Part shown: piece after piece, positions 8,016-13,754 of the stretch
Position numbering within the stretch: the stretch's first letter is position 1
Layout of the letters: each line of letters starts with the position of its first letter
From: a virus
Lineage: Duplodnaviria > Heunggongvirae > Uroviricota > Caudoviricetes
Virus record (IMG/VR): IMGVR_UViG_2534682222_000011
DNA length: 13,754 bases
Strand: one strand, 5' to 3'
Made by a program: the position numbers and the translations under genes
Notes under the pieces: model-generated
Database searches by the model: none
Seen by the model: only the letters and a program-made list of their open reading frames with translations
What the model was told of the DNA's origin: nothing

Positions 8016-8363
8016 ATGACCTTACTGACACCTGAAAACGTGGCAGCGGCTAGGGCTGCCCGTAGCGCGAGGATTGAACACTGGAAAGCCAACGCCAGCC
8101 AGCTTAAGCAGGACTTTGCTGACGAAGCGCACTGGCGGCGGCTCGCCTCACGCTTCGGCGTGCGTATGCCCTCGGCGTATGTTCCCGGCTCCGAGCTGCG
8201 ATTGCTGCGCCGGGCGGCCAAACGCGCGGGCATCTCTGGTGCTGATATGCGCGATGCTTTTGGTGGGGGCGTTGCGCACCTGCACGAGCTTAATCCCCAT
8301 TGGCCTGCCTTCGCGCTTATCGGCCTGATTCTTGAGATCGCGGCTGAAAAAGCTGCTGCCTGA
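8016..8363 (+). CDS. hypothetical protein (115 aa)
   Basis: ORF after an intergenic gap; Ala/Arg-rich; weak RBS. No recognisable motif. Confidence 0.55.
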   Translation: MTLLTPENVAAARAARSARIEHWKANASQLKQDFADEAHWRRLASRFGVRMPSAYVPGSELRLLRRAAKRAGISGADMRDAFGGGVAHLHELNPHWPAFALIGLILEIAAEKAAA

Positions 8364-8431
8364 TTCATCCCATTCTCTTTTCCCCTTTTCCATAAATCGC
8401 GCTGGCTAACGCTGGCGCGGGAGCTATTTCT

Positions 8432-9427
8432 ATGACTGACAATGTTTATACCCCTGACCAATTCCGCCCGCACTGGGGCGGTGTAGATGCTGACAACGAC
8501 ATTCACATTGAAGCGTATGACCGGGACGTTCAGACCCGCCTTGAGGCAAAGAGCGTGTTTCTCGCCGAGGGGCTGAGCACATACAAGCCGCTGAAAAACA
8601 GTAATCAGTATCGTGTAGACCGCCTGAGCGGAGATCTGGAGGTGAAGGGCAGAACCGCAGGGCAATCGCTGGAGCCTACCGCCGTTAAGTCGGACAAGCT
8701 GATTATCTCTGTGGATACGCTGAGCTATATCCGCATCCCGATTGACTATCAAGACGACTGGACAGCGCCCACCTTTCGCGCAGAGCTGAGCCGCAACATG
8801 GGGACAGCCCATGCAAAGTTCTACGACGAAGCGCACACTATCCAGCTAATCAAAGCGACTGACTTTGTACCGCCGCCTACGTTGCAACCAACGTTTAACC
8901 CGCTGACGGATAATGTTGTCTCGCTCGACCTGACAACGGGGAGCGAAGAGGATGCGGCTAACGAACTGGTTCACGCTATTAAAGCTGCTGTTAATCGATT
9001 CCTAACTGAAAAAGATATTCCGGTGGCGGAGCTGTGCCTTCTCATCGACCCAGCTTGGTTCAGCATCCTGATGGAACATAAGAAGTTGATGAACGTCCGT
9101 TACAGCCGGGATAGTGGCAATGATTACGCATGGCGTCGCGTTGGCTATGTCGCTGGGGTGCGAGTTATTGAGCTGAACAGTTACCCGCAGGAAGCCATTA
9201 CCGCGCATGAACTGGGCGCTGATTATGATGTGACCGCAGGGGAAGCGCTGACACGGGCGACGCTGTTCCGGCCTGCGTCTGTACTTGTGACAGTCGAAGC
9301 GCAGAGCGTTATCAATCGCCAGTGGGATGATGAACGCGAAATGACAATGGTGATGGACTCATATCGCCTGTTCAATGTTGGGCTGCGCCGCCCTGACTGC
9401 GTTATAAATTTCCGACAAGCTGCATAA
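8432..9427 (+). CDS. hypothetical protein (331 aa), possibly structural/morphogenetic
   Basis: GGGAG RBS 8 nt upstream of ATG. Largest protein of the late-region-like block; no catalytic motif seen; role inferred from context only. Confidence 0.7.
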   Translation: MTDNVYTPDQFRPHWGGVDADNDIHIEAYDRDVQTRLEAKSVFLAEGLSTYKPLKNSNQYRVDRLSGDLEVKGRTAGQSLEPTAVKSDKLIISVDTLSYIRIPIDYQDDWTAPTFRAELSRNMGTAHAKFYDEAHTIQLIKATDFVPPPTLQPTFNPLTDNVVSLDLTTGSEEDAANELVHAIKAAVNRFLTEKDIPVAELCLLIDPAWFSILMEHKKLMNVRYSRDSGNDYAWRRVGYVAGVRVIELNSYPQEAITAHELGADYDVTAGEALTRATLFRPASVLVTVEAQSVINRQWDDEREMTMVMDSYRLFNVGLRRPDCVINFRQAA

Positions 9428-9443
9428 CAAAAGGGGCCGAGCC

Positions 9444-9971
9444 ATGAATATTGATGCTTATGCCCCGGAGCTGTTGCGCTCTTTGTTTCGGTACGATGCG
9501 AAGACTGGCCGCCTGTTCCATGCAGTAGACCGGATCGGAGCCAACAAGCGGATTTACGCTAAAGCCGGGGAACTGGCCGACACGGTAACGGACAGCGCCG
9601 GATATAGGCGCGTATCTGTCCGCATCAATGGCAAATCTCATGCGCTATACGCCCACCGTGTCGCCTTCATCATTGCTAATGACGGTATCCCTGCCGGGAT
9701 GCAAATCGACCATATCAACGCGGTACGCGATGACAACCGCCTTATCAATCTCCGCACGGTTACGCCACAAGAGAACCAGCACAATTACCGCAAAGCCAAG
9801 GGTTATAGCCACCATGCCTGCTCTGGCAGATGGGAGGCTTACATTCGCGTTGGTGGTGTTCGCCATCACCTCGGCTTATTCACTACCGAAGCGGCGGCGC
9901 GTGCTGCGTACCTGAAAGCTAAAGCCAGATACCATCCGTCAACGCCAGCCGATTTATTGCAGGCTGCCTAA
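9444..9971 (+). CDS. HNH endonuclease with C-terminal AP2-type DNA-binding domain (175 aa)
   Basis: HNH_3-like motif (YRRVSVRINGKSHALYAHRVAFIIANDGIPAGMQIDHINAVRDDNRLINLRTVTPQENQHN) followed by AP2-like GRWEAYIRVGGVRHHLGLFTTEAAARAAY. AAGGGG RBS upstream. Confidence 0.85.
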   Translation: MNIDAYAPELLRSLFRYDAKTGRLFHAVDRIGANKRIYAKAGELADTVTDSAGYRRVSVRINGKSHALYAHRVAFIIANDGIPAGMQIDHINAVRDDNRLINLRTVTPQENQHNYRKAKGYSHHACSGRWEAYIRVGGVRHHLGLFTTEAAARAAYLKAKARYHPSTPADLLQAA

Positions 9972-9989
9972 TCCTCGGAGGTTCCATTA

Positions 9990-10415
9990 ATGGCTGATGA
10001 AAAGCCGATTAGAGCGCTGGCAGATGATGACCCGCGCCGCCAGCGGTACGCTGAACTGTTGGCGCAGGCTGGCCGCATGACTATTCCACGGCTGCATCCG
10101 GGCGATGCTAACAGTGTTATGAGTCAGCTTGCGACAATGCTCGGAGCACCTGTCCCGATAGTAGGTGCTATGACTGAGCACGCCGCTGCATGGCGTGCCT
10201 GTCTTCTGGAGCAAGGGCTTGGTGATCTTCTGGATGGCTTGAGTAAGCAGGTGCTGACCATCTTCTTTCTGCTCTGCTGGAGAGACAGCGCCTTGCGATT
10301 GGCGGGTAAGCAAAAGGAACGGTTTGCAGCGGCCAGCGAGGGTTTGACCATTGAGCAATACCGGGCAATGCACCCGGCTTACAGAGAGGATAAAGAAAAT
10401 GATAACCACGATTAA
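9990..10415 (+). CDS. hypothetical protein (141 aa); position suggests a small-terminase-like or packaging-redirection protein
   Basis: Strong GGAGG RBS 8 nt upstream. Functional guess rests only on its place directly downstream of the HNH endonuclease. Confidence 0.6.
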   Translation: MADEKPIRALADDDPRRQRYAELLAQAGRMTIPRLHPGDANSVMSQLATMLGAPVPIVGAMTEHAAAWRACLLEQGLGDLLDGLSKQVLTIFFLLCWRDSALRLAGKQKERFAAASEGLTIEQYRAMHPAYREDKENDNHD

Positions 10416-10698
10416 ATTAAGGTGGCGGTACATCGAGCCGCCACCAATGACTGGCGCACTCGCTGACCTGAAACAGTGGGTAATGGATACCGGAGAGCCT
10501 GAGCTTGAAGCTAAATTTCGTAAGCTGCTGGGGCTGATGCGCCGCAATGGTATCAGTGACGAACGTGTTAATGCGATGGCCGCCGAGCTTTATGCTCTGG
10601 TATGCCAACGCCAGCGCGAAGAATACGAAGCCTGCAAACGGGCTGCATCTGACAGTGGAGGCTTTGAATCATGGTTACACGGACAGACCAACTACTAA
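10399..10698 (+). CDS. hypothetical protein (99 aa)
   Basis: ATG at 10399 preceded by GAGAGGA RBS and overlapping the upstream stop region; preferred over the in-frame ATG at 10351, which lies 65 nt inside the upstream gene. Confidence 0.55.
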   Translation: MITTIKLRWRYIEPPPMTGALADLKQWVMDTGEPELEAKFRKLLGLMRRNGISDERVNAMAAELYALVCQRQREEYEACKRAASDSGGFESWLHGQTNY

Positions 10699-11108
10699 GA
10701 AAAGCGATGCGAGGCTATCTGGAATATCTCGGCAACATGCCGCTAGCGGAACGCATTAAAAATTCTGCTGCGTTCGATGATGTGTATCACTTCCTGTTGA
10801 ATGGTTCAGGACGGCTGGAGTTGCGCCGCGCTGATGTGGCCGCTGTCCGTGTCTTCCTGTGGAATTATCAATACCGACGCTGCGCGGTGACAGCTAAGCC
10901 GCTACGCCTCGCGTCTGCTGTATTGGATCACTGTCACCGAACTGGACGTGTGCGCGCTGTGGTTCATCGTTCGGCCAATGCAGCGGAAGGTGGTTATTAT
11001 GTGGGAAATTTGTGCGGACTCTCACGAAGTAGCATGTTAAGCATGCTACCTGCCTACCGCCGACAATACAAGGGGTTGGGCGTTATTTATCCAAGACAAC
11101 ATGCGTGA
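10671..11108 (+). CDS. hypothetical protein (145 aa)
   Basis: GGAGG RBS 9 nt upstream of ATG; overlaps upstream ORF by 28 nt. Confidence 0.55.
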   Translation: MVTRTDQLLRKAMRGYLEYLGNMPLAERIKNSAAFDDVYHFLLNGSGRLELRRADVAAVRVFLWNYQYRRCAVTAKPLRLASAVLDHCHRTGRVRAVVHRSANAAEGGYYVGNLCGLSRSSMLSMLPAYRRQYKGLGVIYPRQHA

Positions 11109-11186
11109 TGAGATTATTTCTTTTATTTTCATTCGGTTATGTGTTGTTGTGGCTGCCTTGTTACTTGCCTATATTTAAAACAATTC

Positions 11187-11225
11187 TTGACGGATTGACG
11201 TAGATTGCGTAGGCTGAGCATAAAA
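11187..11225 (+). promoter_or_regulatory. putative sigma70-type promoter for the two-gene cassette
   Basis: Tandem TTGACG hexamers (11187-11192 and 11195-11200) with candidate -10 elements TAGGCT (17-bp spacer from the first) or CATAAA (18-bp spacer from the second), in an AT-rich intergenic region. Which pair is used is unresolved. Confidence 0.35.
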
Positions 11226-11309
11226 CAGTTTCCTAATATGTCTCCAAACTGAGCTTCAACTTGAGAATACTTCGTTCCTACATCTCCCTTGAAGGGGTAG
11301 GAGGATAAT

Positions 11310-11519
11310 ATGAACTTTGATATGCGTACAAACCAAAATTGTGCATCGTTTTTTAACCCAGCAACCAAGGCGTTTGTCGTCGTTGATTCGTTTGACAACT
11401 ACGAATTCGATGTGCGTGCTGGTACTTTATCACGCACTGAATTTGTAGGCACCATCACAGCTTCAAACGATGAAGAGTTGAACAAGAAATTAGCTGAGAT
11501 CACGGCTGCACACATATGA
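11310..11519 (+). CDS. hypothetical small protein (69 aa), cassette gene A
   Basis: Very strong RBS (AGGAGG, 5-nt spacer); AT-rich codon usage unlike the upstream block; stop overlaps next start (ATGA). Confidence 0.6.
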   Translation: MNFDMRTNQNCASFFNPATKAFVVVDSFDNYEFDVRAGTLSRTEFVGTITASNDEELNKKLAEITAAHI

Positions 11520-11890
11520 TAACTCAACAGCAGATTGATGATTTAGTTGCAGATATTAACGATATCTTGGAAGAAGATAGAGCCAAGCTAAAGATGTCAT
11601 TTCATTTTGCTGTTGATAGACTTAATGATCCGCGTAATAAACCTCCAATCACGTTAGCTGAGTTGAGAGTGATTTTTACAAATTTCATTGGACAACACTT
11701 GCAGACAATTCTAGGCAAAGATGAGGGATTTTCCTTCACTATCAAGTGTCAGAAATCTGGTATTGCTATACCGTGCGCTATAGAGCATGAACTTGATATC
11801 GGTGCAAAGTGGGTAGTTCAGCAAGTGATCACCATCATGCGGAATCCGCAGTTTAACGCGTATCATGGTGATGTCATCTTTGATGTTTAA
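11516..11890 (+). CDS. hypothetical protein (124 aa), cassette gene B
   Basis: Translationally coupled to gene A; followed by a canonical intrinsic terminator. Confidence 0.65.
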   Translation: MITQQQIDDLVADINDILEEDRAKLKMSFHFAVDRLNDPRNKPPITLAELRVIFTNFIGQHLQTILGKDEGFSFTIKCQKSGIAIPCAIEHELDIGAKWVVQQVITIMRNPQFNAYHGDVIFDV

Positions 11891-11893
11891 AAG

Positions 11894-11916
11894 AAAGGCG
11901 CTATAGCGCCTTTTTT
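11894..11916. terminator. rho-independent terminator, plausibly bidirectional
   Basis: Hairpin AAAGGCGC-TATA-GCGCCTTT followed by a T6 run on the plus strand; the complement reads hairpin plus TTTCTTTT. Abuts the integrase stop codon. Confidence 0.7.
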
Positions 11917-13135
11917 ATAAACACGGATAACTGACCAACTCCACATACTCCCATAGTTCTTTCATCCCTGCTCCCTTGCTATATGTCCTGAAAGCTTCCG
12001 TTTTAGCTTTTTGTTCGGTATGCCCGGTTATTGCCCCTATGCGCTGTTCTGGTACTCCTGCTCTGTCTAAGCAAGTAATAAAGTGACCACGCAGGGAGTG
12101 GAAGCATTGGCGATCTGTAGCCGCTGACAGCACGCGACGGCGTAGCCGTGTAAATGCCTGCGAGTACCACGGGCCACGCTTACCGTCGGCACGTTTAATC
12201 TTGTTCGATTGGGGGAGCAGGTATTCACCGTTGTTCTGCGCAAGGTATTTATCAACGATGCTGATTAACAGCGAGTGTATGGGGACGTGCCTTACACCCG
12301 CTTTAGTTTTAGATTTGCTGACGTAGAAGCAGCGTACCCCTTCAACTTTGATAATCTCAACTCGTTTGATGCTGGCGATTTCGTCGAGACGCATACCGGA
12401 ATACAAACCGATTATGATTACGTCTCGTATCTCGCTACCTGCCTCTTTTATTAATGCCTGTAGCTGGTGTAGTTCAAAAGGTTGATAACTTTCGTTCGTC
12501 TGGCGGGCTTCCAGATTGTGGCCGTGAAAGGGATTATCAGGGGCGATATTGTCATATTTACGCCGGGCGAAGTCATACAGCGTCCCTAAGCAGGTTAACC
12601 AGTTTTGCAGCGTCTGGCGGGAAAACTTATCTTGGTTCGCTTCCAGAAAGTCAGAGACGAGCCGCCGCCCGATTCCATTTATTGTAATGGTTGGGCGTTT
12701 TATTGAATTAGTAAATGCCGATACAGCGCGAACTGATTTACTCAGCGTGGAATAAGAGCGCCGATCTTTGTATTGCTCTGCATATTCTTTACTGACATCT
12801 GTCAATTTTGGTGATGCTGGTTTTCCCCGCTCTGCTGGAATAGTTGCGGGTGTGGTAATGCTGCTGGATACCCCCGCCAGCAAGTGAAGATCTGTTACAG
12901 CGGAATGAATCCGGGTAATGGGGTTATCCGGTTTCATCATGAGCTGTAGCTTACGGAACTCTAATAAATATTGGTCACGGAAAATGCGAGCTTGCATGAT
13001 GTCCCGTGTGCCTGTCGATTTCTTGAGCGAGCGCCGCCCGTTCCAGAGGTGGCGCATGTAGACCGGAATATAGATTTGAAAGATGAATATCCCATCTTTG
13101 TTTGCATAAAGATAAGAAGTCTTCTTGATTGGCAT
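11915..13135 (-). CDS. int: tyrosine site-specific integrase (406 aa)
   Basis: C-terminal catalytic region with HSLRGHF (box II-like) and a downstream Tyr (RTYSKG). ATG at 13135 with AAGG RBS preferred over the TTG at 13165 used by the ORF track. Adjacent to the tRNA-derived att. Confidence 0.9.
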   Translation of the reverse strand: MPIKKTSYLYANKDGIFIFQIYIPVYMRHLWNGRRSLKKSTGTRDIMQARIFRDQYLLEFRKLQLMMKPDNPITRIHSAVTDLHLLAGVSSSITTPATIPAERGKPASPKLTDVSKEYAEQYKDRRSYSTLSKSVRAVSAFTNSIKRPTITINGIGRRLVSDFLEANQDKFSRQTLQNWLTCLGTLYDFARRKYDNIAPDNPFHGHNLEARQTNESYQPFELHQLQALIKEAGSEIRDVIIIGLYSGMRLDEIASIKRVEIIKVEGVRCFYVSKSKTKAGVRHVPIHSLLISIVDKYLAQNNGEYLLPQSNKIKRADGKRGPWYSQAFTRLRRRVLSAATDRQCFHSLRGHFITCLDRAGVPEQRIGAITGHTEQKAKTEAFRTYSKGAGMKELWEYVELVSYPCL

Positions 13136-13151
13136 GGTAATTACCTTGTAA

Positions 13152-13182
13152 TCTACCGCTACCAACTACCGGGATAAGTACC
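13152..13182 (-). repeat. clustered (C/G)TACC(G/A) repeats between int start and att (candidate arm-type sites)
   Basis: CTACCG, CTACCA, CTACCG and GTACCG within 31 bp; mirror the GGTAC repeats at 3086-3113. Confidence 0.3.
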
Positions 13183-13223
13183 GCGATTACTTATTTTGGT
13201 TCACAATTCATAGGGTTAGCAAA

Positions 13224-13251
13224 GAGGGTTCGATTCCCTTCGCCCGCTCCA
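13224..13251 (+). repeat. att site: 3' terminal 28 nt of a tRNA-Gly gene (T-arm, acceptor 3' strand, CCA)
   Basis: GAGGGTTCGATTCCCTTCGCCCGCTCCA has a T-stem/loop (GAGGG-TTCGATT-CCCTT), 7-nt acceptor strand CGCCCGC, discriminator T and CCA. It matches the 3' end of E. coli glyU as I recall it. No 5' half is present upstream. Confidence 0.7.
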
Positions 13252-13484
13252 ATTTATCTTCACCTCATCAATCTGCCATTTTTGCTGTATCTGATTTTCT
13301 ATATTATCTTAATTCAATCGCTTCAGACTTTTCGCAATCGCCGTAATATTTCCCCATTTTGTTGTAAATAAAAAGCGTTTACGCAATGCAATCCTTTTGT
13401 AACAACCCAGGTAAAACACCTTATTTTCAAGTTGTTAAATAAGTGGTTATCTACGCTTTTAACAAACGATTGATGGAATATTTT

Positions 13485-13634
13485 ATGAAAGGGAAATCTG
13501 CATTAACTCTTCTGCTCGCTGGTATATTTTCGTGCGGCACATGCCAGGCGACAGGGGCAGAAGTGACGAGTGAATCTGTATTTAACATTCTTAATTCCAC
13601 GGGGCAGCAACAGATAAAAGTTATTTATCGTTAA
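13485..13634 (+). CDS. small secreted protein/lipoprotein-like peptide (49 aa) in the chromosomal flank
   Basis: N-terminal signal-peptide-like MKGKSALTLLLAGIFSCGTCQA; lies outside the att site in AT-rich flank. Start at 13485 chosen over upstream in-frame ATGs. Confidence 0.4.
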   Translation: MKGKSALTLLLAGIFSCGTCQATGAEVTSESVFNILNSTGQQQIKVIYR

Positions 13635-13754
13635 ATCCAGATAAGTACCCTAATTATCGTCTTCTGATTCACTCAGCCAAATTAAAAAATGAAATAAAGA
13701 GCCACTATACCAAAGACGAAATTCAAGGGTTGTTAACATTAACAGAAAACACGG

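Larger units (their letters stand above)
2954..13251. mobile_element. integrative phage-satellite-like island (about 10 kb); right end defined by att, left end tentative
   Basis: Integrase plus tRNA-derived att at the right end; replicative helicase, HNH endonuclease and small late-type genes without large terminase, portal or tail genes; left limit inferred from the tRNA-like scar and GGTAC repeats near 3.0 kb. Confidence 0.5.

Noticed and set aside
7967-8836. 289-aa ORF on the minus strand
   Set aside because: Entirely antisense to two well-formed plus-strand genes with RBSs; its translation is low-complexity and Arg/Ala/Ser-rich, typical of spurious antisense ORFs in GC-rich coding DNA.
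10351-10398. Start of the 115-aa ORF at the ATG at 10351
   Set aside because: It would overlap the upstream gene by 65 nt with no RBS; the ATG at 10399 has a GAGAGGA RBS and a short overlap consistent with coupling.
13136-13165. Integrase starting at the TTG at 13165 as in the ORF track
   Set aside because: The in-frame ATG at 13135 has a better-placed AAGG RBS, and the upstream 30 nt are filled with CTACC repeats that look regulatory rather than coding.
13176-13251. Complete tRNA-Gly gene ending at 13251
   Set aside because: Only the terminal 28 nt match a tRNA. The upstream 45 nt lack the acceptor 5' strand, D-arm and anticodon arm, so it is an att-type fragment.
1-13754. CRISPR array, rRNA, or IS element/transposase
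   Set aside because: No regularly spaced direct repeats, no rRNA-like conserved blocks, and no transposase-like ORF or terminal inverted repeats were seen.

Overview
The window reads as the right-hand part of a tRNA-Gly-associated integrative island region, most likely a ~10 kb phage-satellite-like element (about 3.0-13.25 kb) sitting beside older island remnants (1-3.0 kb). The right boundary is well supported: a tyrosine integrase gene on the minus strand (11915-13135) lies next to a 28-nt copy of a tRNA-Gly 3' end (13224-13251, recognised from memory of E. coli glyU, not searched). The left boundary near 3.0 kb is only suggested by scrambled tRNA-3'-like fragments and GGTAC repeats. The element body is a plus-strand array: a RecQ-like SF2 helicase with an unusual N-terminal region (3428-5272), a chain of translationally coupled small ORFs, three mid-sized proteins of unknown function, an HNH-AP2 endonuclease (9444-9971), and three more small proteins. 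No large terminase, portal or tail gene is evident, hence the satellite interpretation. The best candidate for an undescribed system is an AT-rich two-gene cassette (11310-11890) with its own promoter-like sequence, strong RBS and terminator, placed between the last element gene and the integrase, where satellites and prophages often carry anti-phage cargo. Left of ~3.0 kb are a clear serine recombinase (1905-2537), a small-protein plus membrane-protein pair (193-878), and an A-depleted non-coding tract. All functional calls rest on motifs read from the translations; no database search was possible.
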